A stretch of DNA of 64,000 nt from Octopus vulgaris (lineage: Eukaryota): NCBI GenBank assembly GCA_951406725.2, contig OX597832.1, forward strand, positions 61,566,001 through 61,630,000. The letters are read 5' to 3'. The first letter of the stretch is position 1. Each line of letters starts with the position of its first letter. Positions 26,989 to 41,372 of the stretch are shown piece after piece. A program made the position numbers and the translations under genes. The notes beneath the pieces are model-generated. The model saw only the letters and a program-made list of their open reading frames with translations. It was not told the origin of the DNA and ran no database searches.

Positions 26989-27203
26989 ACTAGAGTATAG
27001 AAAGACCTCCACTGCTAGAAATAAGAACTAAAATGCTCTAATGCTGTAGTCAAACCACATAATTTTATACATATATACAGGCTGGAACTGCAATCGTTCG
27101 AAAACCCTATCAGTATATTTGTATACACATACGTACTTTGACAACAGCATTAGAGCGTTTTAGCTCTTATTTCTAGCAATGTAGGTGTTTCTGACACCCT
27201 AGT
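26989..27203. mobile_element. Foldback/MITE with ~66-bp terminal inverted repeats
   Basis: 26989-27054 matches the reverse complement of 27137-27203 (ctagaaataaga.ctaaaa.gctctaatgctgt.gtcaaa). Confidence 0.75.
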
Positions 27204-27950
27204 TACATTTAGTGACAATCATAGATTTCCTTTTTAGTAAAACATTGCAAACTGCTATCTAAATTTAATTTCTGTTTGTGTGCGTGTGCGTGGGTGTGTA
27301 TGTGTGTGTACGTGTGTGTGTATGTGTATGTGTGTGAGCGTGCGCGTGCGATACACACACACAAAAACACACTATTATCTATCTATCTATCTATCAATTA
27401 TCTATACAACCATCCATCCATCCTTCCATCTATCTCTATCTGTCTATCTATCTTTTTATCTAATCTATCTCTATTTTCTACCTGCCTAACATAGCATGAT
27501 ATACACAAACACACACCCACTCACAAAAACACAAACACACACACACATACATACATGTATATATATCTCGAAGACCTGAAGCCCCACGTGTGTTGTCGCT
27601 TTAAAATGCGTTTATTTAAATGTGTCCCGGTGATAAAATAACCATATCGGTTTTGCATAAGCGGACAAAGTTTCAGCTGCAGAGAACAACACTACATACA
27701 CAAAACATTTTCTTACGAAATAAATTGCTATCTTTGAAATATAATCGTAGTTTCGAGGCGTTAATTGCTTTTCTAATTAATTTTTATTTTATAGCAACAT
27801 AGGTTTTTATACGTTTATTTTTGTGTTGGTTTCATTTGTTTTGCTTATTCATCGTGCTTATTTCTTACTTTTTATTTTTCTTAGTGTTAGCTGCAAGTTA
27901 ACGAATACGATTACTGCTGAAGAAAGTAATACGATGCCGCATCTATGAAA

Positions 27951-28367
27951 AAGGTGGCGAGCTGGCAGAAACATTAGCGCACCGGGCGAAATGCTTAGCG
28001 GTATTTCGTCTGCCGTTACGTTCTGAGTTAAAATTCCGCCAAGGTCGACTTTGCCTTTCATCCTTTCGGGATCGATAAATAAAGTACCAGTTTCGCACTG
28101 GGGTCGATATAATTGACTTAATCCGTTTGTCTGTCCTTGTTTGTCCCATCTGTGTTTAGCCCCTTGTGGGTAGTAAAGAAATAGCTATTTCGTCTGTCGT
28201 TACGTTCTGAGTTCAAATTCCGCCGAGGTCGACTTTGCCTTTCATTCTTTCGGGGTCGATAAATAAAGTACCAGTTTGGCACTGGGGTCGATGTAATCGA
28301 CTTAATCCCTTTGTCTGTCCTTGTTTGTCCCCTCTATGTTTAGCCCCTTGTGGGTAGTAAAGAAATA
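27951..28367 (+). mobile_element. Nin/Deu-domain SINE dimer (two tail-A units)
   Basis: Head at 27951, junction gaaata|gctatttcgtctg at 28183/28184, second tail ends at 28367. Confidence 0.9.
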
Positions 28368-28606
28368 TATATACATACGTGTGTAGGCGAGCGCGTGTAA
28401 GTATGTATGTATGTATGTATGTATGTATGTATGTATGTATGTACGTATGTAGGGCATATATGTATGTATGTGTGTGTATGTATCTGCGTACATGCTGGGT
28501 TATGTATGATTGTATAGATCTGTTTGCCTCTCTCTCTCTCTCTCTCTCTCTAACTACCTATCTATCTATATTTATGTATGTATATGTAGTTATGTGTATC
28601 TATAGC

Positions 28607-28651
<45 letters not shown>

Positions 28652-28917
28652 GTGTTGGAAGCAAGTTATGGTGACGTCAATGAAGGAATACTGGTTGTCA
28701 GGCACCGGTGAGGCACAAATACATACTTAAAACACAGATATTGATGTGCATACATTTATACATACATACCTAAATGTACGCGATGGACCTCTCTCCGGTT
28801 ACCGCCTACGAAATCTACTCACAAGGATTTTGTGAACTCGGGACAACAGCGGAAAACCTTCAAGGTATTGCGCATCGTTTCTGAAGTTAGGGTAATATTT
28901 TAGGAGGCTTTTAACAC

Positions 28918-29772
28918 ATCAATAAGTATCCGGACTGTTGCCATAGTAACGAAGCTAAAGCAATTAGGGTGTATCCGCTTGGCAAACATTGACCTTGAGC
29001 TCCGTTGTGCATGCGCACCTAATTTTAGCGTCACTTTCGCTGATTATAACAGTGCTTGGAAGAAAGGTGTGTAGCGTGTGATTGTCGCATTGACCATGAC
29101 AGATAAAGTTGTTATGGTGTTACCTGCTCAGAGGCCTACGCAACGTTGCAGTAATGTGTCGAGTGGGGTGCATGAACCACCCACAAGTGTACGAGCGGTT
29201 CAGCCGTTTCATAGATGGTCAATAAAATGGCGATATTGACGAATATTCTGGGAATGCACCAAAACTGAGAAAAACATTTCAGATGTGCGTGCAGCTGTGT
29301 AGGGAAGTCGTCGAATTACCATCCATGAGTTATCAGAGAATGTGCAGATTAGTTACTGTTCAGTTCAGTCCATTATCACTGAAGATTTGAGTATGAGACT
29401 CGTGTCGGCTAAGTTTGTGCCAAAATTGCTTTCAGCTGACCAAAAAGACATTCCGACTTCAGTTGCTCAAGATCTCCTTGATTGTGGCGGGAACGATGAA
29501 AACGTTTTGAAAAACTTTGTGTATCCCTCTGAAAAGGTATCACCAAGCTTTTGGCAAAATTTGATGCCAATTCTCTGCTCAACTCTCTCTGTCATCGTCA
29601 ATGCGACGATCACACGCTACACACGTTCCTTCCAAGCACTGCTGTAAACCGCGGAACTGAACCAGAACGTTAAACCTTAGTGCTTGCTGATGCATAACAG
29701 ACTTTAAGGTCAACCTGTTTACTCCAGCTTCGTTACTATGGTAACAGTACGGATACTTATTCGTCAGAACAC

Positions 29773-29775
<3 letters not shown>
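28918..29775 (+). mobile_element. Non-autonomous mariner derivative with long inverted ends
   Basis: TIR atcaataagtatccggactgttgccatagtaacgaagct; ORF ITEDLSMRLVSAKFVPKLLSADQKD; the right end is an inverted copy of the left end. Confidence 0.88.
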
Positions 29776-29812
<37 letters not shown>

Positions 29813-29940
29813 AAGGAGATGCTGAAAAGTTCCTGGCTTGGAGCAAAAGAAAATACAGGAGTATCAGTTAATTAGGGCTTTATTGAACCTATTCCTCTCT
29901 CAATCACACAATTATTGCTGGAGTGCCAGTTATATATATG

Positions 29941-30014
<74 letters not shown>

Positions 30015-30232
30015 CATATTTAATATATGAGTGCATATGTATATATATATATTAATCAGCCGAAATTGCTAAGATGATCCGGTTCCTGACTGAAGATTAG
30101 AGGCTTCGAATGACCTGTCTGTTTTTTTGTGTCGTCTCTTTGTGTAGTTTGCGTTCTTGTCCCCTTTTGTATATTTCATATATAAGTTTTATACATATAT
30201 GTATATATATACATATATTAGATGTGTATACA

Positions 30233-30472
30233 GGACGGGCTTATTTCAGTCTCGGTCGACTAAATCCTCTCAAAAGAATTTGGTCGGCCAAAGCTATCGG
30301 CGAAGACACCAGCCCAGGGTTTCATGCAGTGGGTCTGAGCTCAGAAACTTGTTACTTGGAAGCAGACTTCTTTACCGCATAGCCACGCTAGGTTTGGTCA
30401 ACTAAACACTCTATAGCGGTGCTCCGGCATGGCCAGGGTCTAAAGCCTGGAACAAGTAAAAGCGCCAAAGAA
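30233..30472 (-). mobile_element. CORE-like SINE head (-) abutting an inverted tail fragment (+)
   Basis: 30233-30390 matches the reverse complement of the 25598 head; 30391-30472 matches its tail (gcggtgctccggcatggcc...aacaagtaaaag). Confidence 0.6.
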
Positions 30473-31729
30473 TAATTTCGCACATTGAAAATACAAAACA
30501 AGCCAATGAATGAAGTAAAGTGAATACAACAACAAAGATAAACAATGGAAAGAAAACAAAAAAAAAAAAAAGGAGCCGCAACGCAAAGTTAACAGCAATT
30601 ACTACAACAACAACAACAATAGCAACACAATAGCACCAATCATACCTACCCCAACAACAACAATAACGACCGGCGTCACCACCGTCATTACAGCAACAAC
30701 AACATTGACACAGCAGTCAATAACCGCCATGACCATCGACTAGAACCATAAATACATTGAGAACAACATCAAGACTAAAAACTGCAGAAAGAGCGACAGC
30801 AGGATCGATATCGATAACAGCAACAATAACAATGATTGCAACAAGAAAAGTAAAGCTCAAATGTGAAAGTGAAAGTGGAAGTAGACGCTGTGGACTGGCG
30901 TCCACCGACCCACTCCTCTGTCAGCGTTTAAATAGTCAAAATATACATTGTTCTGATCGAGATAACATGATTTTGCACTAAAACAAACGGCATGAGTGAG
31001 AAAGATTTTAGGGATAGCGTTAATAGAACGTTCATGTGTTAAAGACTTCATCAGGAATGGTAGAAATAAGAAGAAAAAGAAGAAGAAAGGGAAAGAGGAG
31101 GAGGAGGAGGGATTGGGCGAAGAAGAAGAAAACAAAGAGGGACGAGAAGAGATGAGATAGAAGAAAAAAAAATAAAAGGGGCAGGTTGCGGAAGTAAAGG
31201 AAGGGGCTGTGCAGGTCACGTCAAGTTAATGGTTTTAATGTGATTCTCTCTCTGTCTTTGTCTGTCTGTCTGTCTGTCAATCTCTCTCTCTCTCTCTCTC
31301 TCCCTCTCTCTCTCTCTGTCTCTGTCTCTCTCTGTCTCTCACTCCGCCTGTCTCCCTTTCAAATCCATCAGTGGCACCAAATTTGACACCAACTTTCACT
31401 TCTACATTCATTACACTTTTAAGAAGTGCGCAAATAGTACATATGTATGTATGTATGTACATATGAATGTTTCTATGTAGGCATGTCTGTATGTATGTAT
31501 GTGAACGTGTGAGTGTGTGTGTAATGTGTATATATGTATGTATGTGTATGTATGTATGTGTGTAAGTATGTGGTGTGTGAGCGTGTGTGTCATGTGTGTG
31601 TATATATGAATGTATATATGTATTATATGTATGTGGGTATATATACATATATGTATAACACCCATATATATATATATAATTAAATATACTAAAAGGTGAA
31701 TGATTTATCCGCACGAAGTGAAGATGTGA

Positions 31730-31768
<39 letters not shown>

Positions 31769-31814
31769 CATGTGTGTGTATATATATTTATTTATACAAT
31801 ATATATACATATAT

Positions 31815-31846
<32 letters not shown>

Positions 31847-32029
31847 TTTATCTTTTATTTAGTATAATCATTAGACTGTGGCCATGCTGGAGCAGTGCAT
31901 TGAAGAATATTTAGTCGAATGGATCGATCCCAGTACTATTTTTAAGGTCTGATACTTATTCTATCCGTTGTAGTCCATTGGCTGGTTCACGAACTCCCAT
32001 CGTATGTATCACTTTCATTTCTCGCTCAT

Positions 32030-33010
32030 ATATTCTCCGAGTCACTATATCATTCACATATTCATTCACTTAGGCACCAGCATGCATACTCATTCATTCT
32101 CATTCATTCAATTATTCATTCTCATTCATTCAATTATTCATTCACCTAGGCACCAACATGCATACGCACTCATTCATACATTCAGTCAGTCATTGATTTT
32201 CATTCATTCAGCCATTGATTCTCATTCTTTCATTCTCATTCATTCAATTATTCATTCACTTAGACACCAGCGCGCATACTCACTCATTCAATCATTCATT
32301 CATTCAATCAGTCATTGATTTTCATTCATTCATTTGTTCATTCACTTTGGCACCACCACACTCGCTCACTCATTCCTTCATTCAGTCAGTCAGTCATTGA
32401 TTTTCATTCATTCATTTATTCATTCATTCAGCCATTGATTCTCATTCATTCAATTATTCATTCACTTAGACACCAGCGCGCATACTCACTCATTCAATCA
32501 TTCATTCATTCAATCAGTCATTGATTTTCATTCATTCCTTTGTTCATTCACTTAGGCACCACCACACTCGCTCACTCATTCCTTCATTCAGTCAGTCAGT
32601 CATTGATTTTCCTTCAGTCATTTATTCATTCATTCATTCAGTCATTCATTTCTATTCCTTCATTCTCATTCATTCAATTATTCATTCACTTAGGCACCAG
32701 CACGCATAATCACTTATTCATTTATTCATTCATTTATTCATTCTTTCACTCATTCATACGGTAGCTCACTTTGTAACCCATCTAGTCAGACACTTTCACA
32801 TTCATTCTTTCATTCATTCACTTGCATAGTAAATCACCTTATCATTCATTTATTCATTCGTTCACACAATAACTCACTTTGTAACCCATTCATTCAATCA
32901 GTTATTCACTCCTTCACTTGCTCATTCACTCACATAATGAGCTACTATGTCTCTGTCTCACTCATTCACTTCTAGGCTCAGTAGCTCACTGACTCACACA
33001 CGAGCCCATT
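32030..33010 (+). repeat. (CATT)n-derived complex minisatellite
   Basis: Recurring ttcattcacttag(g/a)cacca; higher-order period 206 bp (tagacaccagcgcgcatact at 32261 and 32467). Confidence 0.9.
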
Positions 33011-33149
33011 CATTCGCTTCCTCACACATTAAACTCATTCGCCCACTCATGTGTTGATTGATTTGGTCACTCATTGATGGCAAGTAGGGGTCAGTGTGCT
33101 GGTGAGGGTGATCATAATCATGGGAGTTAATGACAAAACAAATAAGGGA

Positions 33150-33900
33150 CTGAATGAGTGATGTGAATGAGAAGCAAAGATTGAACGATTGAGTAAATGA
33201 GCAAATGTATGCCAACGGGAATGAGTGCGTGAATGAGTGAGGTATTGAATGAATGAGTGACGTGGATGAGTAGCAAAGACTGAACGATTGAGTAAATGAG
33301 CATATGTATGCCAACGGGAATGAATGCGTGAATGAGTGAATGAATGAGTGACGTGGATGAGTAGCAAAGACTGAACGATTGAGTAAATGAGCATATGTAT
33401 GCCAACGGGAATGAATGCGTGAATGAGTGAATGAATGAATGAGTGACGTGGATGAGTAGCAAAGACTGAACGATTGAGTAAATGAGCATATGTATGCCAA
33501 CGGGAATGAATGCGTGAATGAGTGAGGTATTTATTGAATGAGTGAGCGAATGAATGAGTGACGTGAATGAGTAGCAAAGACTGAACGATTGAGTAAATGA
33601 GCATATGTATGCCAACGGAAATGAGTGCGTGAATGAGTGAGGTATTGAGTGAATGAGTGAGTGAATGAATGAGTGACGTGAATGCGTTGTAAAGATTGAA
33701 CGACTGAGTAAATGAGCAAATGGACACGAAAGGGAATGAGTGATTTACTGAACGGATGAGTGAGTTATTGAATTAATAATTGAGTTATTGCGTGAACGAG
33801 TGAGTGAATGAGTGAGTGAGAGAATGAATGAGTGAGTAAGTGAATCATAAGGGAGTAATGATTGGAGATGCAGTGTGAGTGATGAGTGATATAGTCAACG
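33150..33900 (-). repeat. (GAAT)n-derived minisatellite, about 6 units of 91-115 bp
   Basis: Core gagtagcaaagactgaacgattgagtaaatgagcatatgtatgccaacggg at 33268, 33359, 33454 and 33569, plus degenerate flanking units. Confidence 0.9.
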
Positions 33901-34138
33901 ATTGAGTGATCGGAGAAACGAGTGACTAAAGGATAAAATGAGTTGTCACGTGATTCGTTTAGTGAATGAGGAAGTATTCAGAGTTTCACATGAAAAATGG
34001 GATGAATGAATAATTCATAAACAAACAAACAAATGTACAAAACGATAAAATATGTGATATAATGAACAGTGAGTGAATGAAAATCAGTGAGAGAGGTAAG
34101 AGGTTGAGCTTGAGTGAAAACACGAATGAGAACGAATC

Positions 34139-34575
34139 CAGGTGTGCTTGGGTTGTGACAAGCTTGCTTCCCAACCGCATGGTTCCGGGATCAATTCCCC
34201 TGCGTGGAACATCGGGAAGTGTCTTCTACGATAGTCTCGGTCCAGCTAAGGCAGACCTTAAGAGTGGATTTGATAGCCGGAAACTGTAAGACGCCCGTCG
34301 TATGTATCTATGTTTATGTGTGTATGTGTGTGTGTGTGTCTGTCTGTCCTTCTGTTTGTGCCTGTGCGTGTATGCGTGACTTTGCGCCTGTGTTTGTCCC
34401 TCGCCACTGCTTGAAACTGGTGTGTTCACATTCCCGTAACCTAGCAGTTCGGCCAGAAGGACCGATTAAGCAAATAACTGGCTTAAGACGAAAATAAGTA
34501 CTGGGATCGATTCATTCGACTAAAAATTCATCGAGGCGATGCCCCAGCATGAAGGCAACGAGTAAAAGATAAAAA
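34139..34575 (+). mobile_element. CORE-like tRNA SINE with an internal (TG)n tract
   Basis: Homologous to 25598-26033. Confidence 0.8.
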
Positions 34576-34879
34576 AATAATTAACGAATCATTTCAATTT
34601 TGTGTATTTAATTATTATTTATATACTTTCAGTTGTAGCGAGTTCTTAAGCTTGTCTTTACCAAATAACAAGCGGAGTATCCACCAATCACACCAGTAAT
34701 CCGCCTCGCCGTTAAATCGAAGTTAATCAAACAGATTCGTTGGCCATAATATGGCTATGTCTCCTAATCTTTCTCTTTAAATGCCGCACATCTATCATGA
34801 ATGAATACACCCCCCACCTCTTCTTTCTTTTTCTTCTTTTTTTCTGTCTTCCTTTTCTTTTTTTTTTTGAAACGACACG

Positions 34880-35290
34880 ACAGTAGTAACATCAACGACA
34901 TTGTCACAGCCATCAACATCGTCGTCATCGACGTCGCCATCTTTATTATCATCATCATCATCGTCGTCAGCATCGCTATCATCATCATCATCATCACCAT
35001 TATCATGATCACCGTCGTCCTCATTGTCATTATCGTAATCACCATCGCCATCAGCATCATCATCCCATGATGATGATGATCATCATCATCATTATCACCA
35101 CCATCAACATTATCATCATCGACGTTGTCATCATCATCATCATCACCACCATCAACATTATCATCATCGACGTTGTCATCATCATCATCATAATTATCAT
35201 CGTCATCGTCATGGCCATCATCGTCCCCCTCCATAGCAATAACCCAAACAACAACAACAACGGCAATGGAAGCAGTATAACAACAACAAT
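34880..35290. repeat. Degenerate (ATC)n/(AAC)n trinucleotide tract
   Basis: Directly visible; includes an internal duplication of caccaccatcaacattatcatcatcgacgttgtcatc. Confidence 0.9.
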
Positions 35291-35544
35291 ATCATCTTAC
35301 AAACACTCACGTCCTCTACTTAGTTGTTGTTATTTGTATTTTTATATATTTTTTCTTCTCTTTATATTCACTTTTCTTTTCTTACCTTTTAATCAACATC
35401 AAACGACGATGGTCTTCGCTTGTACGCATCATGCCAATTAAACGTGGGTTCATGTATGTAGGCAGGCAGCTACGAAGGAATATATATATTATGCATGTAT
35501 ATATATATATATATATACTAGATACAGATTTATATATATACATA

Positions 35545-35593
<49 letters not shown>

Positions 35594-35798
35594 GTATATG
35601 TATATATATATGAATGTGTGTAGATATATATGTATATATATTTATATAGATATATATGTATATATTTACATATATATGTACACACACACCTATGCACATA
35701 TATGACTGTATTTTCATCTATAGGTATATTTAAATCATTTATACATACATGCGTTTATACATACATACATCCACATTTATATATATTTCGTTAACTCT

Positions 35799-35834
<36 letters not shown>

Positions 35835-36493
35835 AGACAGATAGATAGCTAGATAGATTTATATATATATGTATATAATATATATATGTATATACATATA
35901 TATATATACACACATACATATACACATACACAGGTATATGTATATAATACTATAATACTACCTACGTATATGTGTGAATCAATTATTCTACCTTGACGCC
36001 CTCTCGTGTCGGTTCTCGGCTGCCACTTTCGCATTCCAGTTTCAATCGTCTTCATACTAATTGTACCTTACCTTCTTATCTCTTGGTCTCTCCTTCATTA
36101 CACATTTCTCCCTTTCCTGGTTCCTTTCTCTCCATTTCTCTTTCGTTTACTTTCCTAGGCAGCTCTCATCTTCCTTCTCCTCCTCCTATCTTTCTCTTGT
36201 TATTGCAACACTGTAAATACTATCCAATTTTAGGCGAATTAAGAGTCCTTGCATCGCACATTGATGTTCACACACACACGCACACACGCACACACACACA
36301 CACACAGACAGACAGACACACACACACAGACATATATATATATATATATATAGATATATATATATGCATACGCACATGCTTATACATGTGCATATCAGTG
36401 TAGACGTAACTACCAGCGCACAAATCACGCGAGAACATAGGCAAAGAATTGTATGTGTGTATACGAACGTGGGAATGTGTGTATGTGAGTGTG

Positions 36494-36527
<34 letters not shown>

Positions 36528-36560
36528 GATATATATGTATGTATTTGTGTTTGTGTAAAC

Positions 36561-36603
<43 letters not shown>

Positions 36604-36741
36604 TATGTACATATATAAACCAGGCACATGTATATATATGCATGTATACAATATTTTGATGTACATGTATTGATATACATCTCCTGATGCATGTGCGACG
36701 TACATTCGCACACAAAACGCATAGAACACATATAAACACAC

Positions 36742-36780
<39 letters not shown>

Positions 36781-37297
36781 TACACATCATCGCACACACA
36801 ACCAAACACACATTCACACATTCACAAACACACATAATCACATAATCATGCGCATACACGGACGCGTACGGCACATCGTATATACAGCAGATTACATATC
36901 GATCGAATTCACGTTATAGTTTTCCTATTAAAACCGATCGGTGTTTATTAAAAGTCTCCTGCTTTGTAATTTCGCCGTCGAATTGTTAGTCATCTTCGGT
37001 AATAATGGTTCAATAATTTGGGATCAACCGAAAGTTCACAGCCGATCCTTACTAAGCTGTTTAGCGATGAGGAATTCGTCAGATACCGAAAAATGTGCAA
37101 TCGCTGCAATTTTTCTTTCTTGATGTTGGTAAACAAGACTGTTAATTGGGAGTAACATTTGCCGAAGAAGTGTGTTGAAGAGGAGATATAAAAGAACGCA
37201 TTACAGGATGTTAAGTAATGATTGACTGTTAGGGACTCGTATAATACACATTTAATATATACATGTACATATATGCTCACACACACGCACACACACG

Positions 37298-37332
<35 letters not shown>

Positions 37333-37426
37333 GTATGTATGTATATATATATATATATATATGTATAGATAAATACACATATATATACACACATATATAT
37401 ACATATAGATTTATATTTGTACATAT

Positions 37427-37461
<35 letters not shown>

Positions 37462-38194
37462 CATACATACACACACACACGCACACACACACACACACAT
37501 ATAGATATAGATATAGATATATATATATAGAGAGAGAGAGAGAGACAGAGAGATATATACATATATATGAACACATATAATCATACATACTTACAGGCGT
37601 ATACACACTGATACGTAAGGTGAAAGTATGGTGGTAGGCGAAAGATTGATAGCTTAAGATGGCGTAAAGTCAGAAGTGAAAATAGAAAGGCAGTTGAATA
37701 GAGAACAAGGAGAAACATTAGATGAAGGATTTATCGTGTTTACTAGTATATTATTTTCATGGACCCATGGATACAGAAACTGAGAAGTAGTCGAACGGTC
37801 CGAGGTTCGAATAATGCTAGTGGTACACTGAGTAATTTGCGCGCTCGCTGCTTTCTCTCTATTTGGTAGACGTTTCTGTTAGAAATAGCAGCTTAAAATC
37901 ACATTGTTCCATCTTAAAAGCGGATAGACAAAATAAGAGATAATTTCGCTTGAGGTAAGTTAATGAATGATGTATTAATGGATTCTGAAATGTTTAGGAT
38001 TCATCGAAGCATCGACCGAACTGAGAACTGAGAGAAGATCTGAAACCTTAAATCTAAATATTTAATGCAGGATGTTAAACTGTACCAATGATGTGAGAAC
38101 GTCAGATGTGAAGCTCGCCATTTTGCTGCTTTCTTTCTGATGTTGTTCATTGACATTGTTCCAATTGCTTATGAAAATCGTTATAAATGTATTA

Positions 38195-38695
38195 CAGTAA
38201 ATCCTCCAGTATAGTCCGCCCTTAAGTATAATACGCAAGGGATTTTTAGGGGCTGTACCTCTGGAAAACGTAAACCTTGTGTATAATACTCACCCCTTCT
38301 CTAAGGTTTATATAACGTCCTTGGTTTGTAAAAATGTATACGGCAACGTCCTTATTGTATACATAACATAATGCAAACGTGTAGCGTTTTTGTCTATTTT
38401 GTTTTCAGAAAATAAAAGAATAACAGTAATAACAGTAATAACGGTTAATAAATGTTGCTTACTGCATATTATGATTATTCTTTTATGATTTTATTGCTTT
38501 CAGGTTTAGCTTAAGGTATTTTCGCGCCCGACATCACAAAATGCATCTGAATAAACATTGCGGACAGCACATAGAGACTCGGATATTGCTTAGAAAATAT
38601 TTTTTTAAATTTTTAACCTCGTATATAGTATGCACTAGGGAATTTGACCTTTAAATTTTGGGAAAAAAATGTGGATTATACTCGAGGATTTAGGG
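38195..38695. mobile_element. Tc1/mariner-superfamily (Tc2/pogo-like) MITE
   Basis: TIRs cagtaaatcctccagtatagtcc / ggattatactcgaggatttaggg (19/23 match) flanked by TA on both sides; no ORF. Confidence 0.8.
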
Positions 38696-38749
38696 TATAG
38701 CTACTATGTGTACAGATTAACATGAAAATTTGTTGGAAGGTTTAAAATT

Positions 38750-39142
38750 CTTTGCTACTCTAGGCAAAGGCCTGAAATTTGGTGGTGGTGGTGGGGGGGC
38801 AGTCAATTAGATCGATCCCAGTACGCAACTGGTACTTAATTTATCGACCCTGAACTGATGAAAGGCAAAGCTGACTTCGGCGGAATTTGAACTCAGAACG
38901 TAAAGACAGACGAAAATAATATTTATTTCTTTATTGCCCACAGGGGTCTAAACATAAAGGCGACAAACAAGGACAGATAAAGGGATAAATCGATTACATC
39001 AACCCCAGTGCGTAACTGGTAGTTATTTAATCGAACCCCGAAAGGGTGACAGGCAAAGTCGACCTTGGCGGAATTTGAACTCAGACAAAATACCGATAAG
39101 CATTTTACCCGGCGTGCTAACGATTCTGCCACCTCGCCGCCC
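38750..39142 (-). mobile_element. Nin/Deu-domain SINE dimer (tail-A unit followed by tail-B unit)
   Basis: Junction near 38920; the whole dimer is flanked by TSD-like tggaaggtttaaaatt / tggaaggctttaaatt. Confidence 0.85.
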
Positions 39143-39973
39143 TCTGGAAGGCTTTAAATTAATCATTTTAAAACAGGAAGTTTGTCATAATTCAGTAAAG
39201 TTACATATGTAATTACTCTTCTCTGATGATTTTACAATAAATATCGTATATATCATTTACATTATATAACTCATAATCTTTATGTTAATGAAGTGCACGT
39301 AATATGATGTAATTAAATGAATAATAAACAATCGCTCATAGTTTGTTGTTTTAAGCATGTATTCTGACACACCCAAACACCGTATTCAATCTAAAATATA
39401 CAAATACACTAACACGAACGGAAATTCACATAGAATGCTAAATACTGATTATCTGGAGTTTAAATTGTAATCTAAGACTTAAATTTTACAAAACGAGTTC
39501 GTATCAATTCGTTCAAACCAAACTGCCAGAGACGGTCGCTGCTTCTATGATACAAACTTCATCATTTTAATGAGATATAAACTGAAACCTTCCGTCGCAA
39601 TTTCGTGTCAATTTATGTTCAAATTACTGGCTTAACAATTACTAAGTCATTTCACTAAATTCTTCATTACATTCGGAATTGATTGCAATAAACTCAGTGA
39701 TATTTCAACAGAGCAGAAAAGAACGACCGCTGTTAAGAAGGTATCGGTCTTGAAGCATTGTAATTGTCACATATATTCTGAGAACATTTGGATCCTGTCG
39801 TGAATCCATAATGATATCAAGGCTACAGCAGGCGACAAAGTACTTCATGAACTTAAACAAACGTTCAGCTGTTCTTACATTAACAGATGTTGATATTTAG
39901 CAATTGGGAGTTGCCGGAAAAGATACCTATGAAAATACAGACACTTCACACCTCCACGCGCACACAGACAATG

Positions 39974-40004
<31 letters not shown>

Positions 40005-40146
40005 ATATATGATATATATGATATATATATATATATAGTGCATAGATGTATATATATGTATTAATATACATGTATCTATATATATATATATATATATAGT
40101 TCATAGCTGTATATATTTATGTGTATTTATATACATGTATATATAC

Positions 40147-40180
<34 letters not shown>

Positions 40181-40444
40181 ATGTGTATGTGTAAAATATT
40201 CGAATGTATATAAATAGATATATGTAACGTATGCGAATATATTTATGCCTTATGTCTGCACACACATAGCTATATATTTGTAAGCAAAATATTCGTAAGC
40301 AAACTGTTTACTCACACAACCCCGACAGACTCTCTCTCTCTCTCTCTCTTAAATACACACATACACACGTATCTATCTATATAAATATATATTAAGAGAG
40401 AGAAATAGATACGTGTATGAATATACAAACACATACACACGCAT

Positions 40445-40500
<56 letters not shown>

Positions 40501-40849
40501 TTTTAATATTATTTTAAAAGGCAGGTATGTTCCTAATTATATTCTAGATACGTTGAGACATATTTCCTTGCACAGAACTACTTAGACTTTATCTTTCATT
40601 TGAAGTCCTGATGTCAATCCTAAACAATTTTATTTTTCAAGCTATTTCCAATCCATTATTTTTATGATAATGTTTTTTAAAAGAATTTTCCTTGTTAAAC
40701 TTTCTTTTAGTTGAGGATGTACGTAACTCGATGGAAATTCCGACATACAACACTTGAGACGCAGCATGATGTCTCAGAATACATTTTCCATAGCTAAGTG
40801 CCACTCAACGTTGACCAATGCAATTTAGTACAGACACAAACACACCCAT

Positions 40850-41372
40850 CACATACTTACTTATATATACTTACCTACCAACATACCTTCCTACTTATCT
40901 ACCTGCCTACCTACCGACTTACTTAACTACCTACCAACCTACCTACCAACCTACATACCTACCAACCTACCTACCGACCAACCAACCTACCTACCAACAT
41001 ACCTAGCTACCAACCTACATACCTACCTACCTACCTACCTACCTACCTACCTACCTACCTACCTACCTACCTACCTACCTACCTACCTACCTATTTACCT
41101 ATTTATCTATCAATCTAGCTAACTAGTTTTCTATCTATATATCTACTTACCTTACCTACTTACCTATCTACCTTCCTCCTTACCTCCTTTCTACCTCCCT
41201 TACCTCCTTTCTACCTCCTTCCATTCTCACCTACCTATCCACCTACCTACCTACTTACATACCTACATACATGCATGCATGCATACATACATACATACAC
41301 ACATACATACATACATACATACATACATACATACATACATACATACATACATACATACATACATACATACAC
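40850..41372. repeat. (CCTA)n then (ATAC)n compound microsatellite
   Basis: Directly visible. Confidence 0.92.

Noticed and set aside
33150-33740. CRISPR-like repeat/spacer periodicity
   Set aside because: The spacers are GAAT runs rather than unique sequence, the core is ~70 bp, the context is eukaryotic and there are no cas genes.
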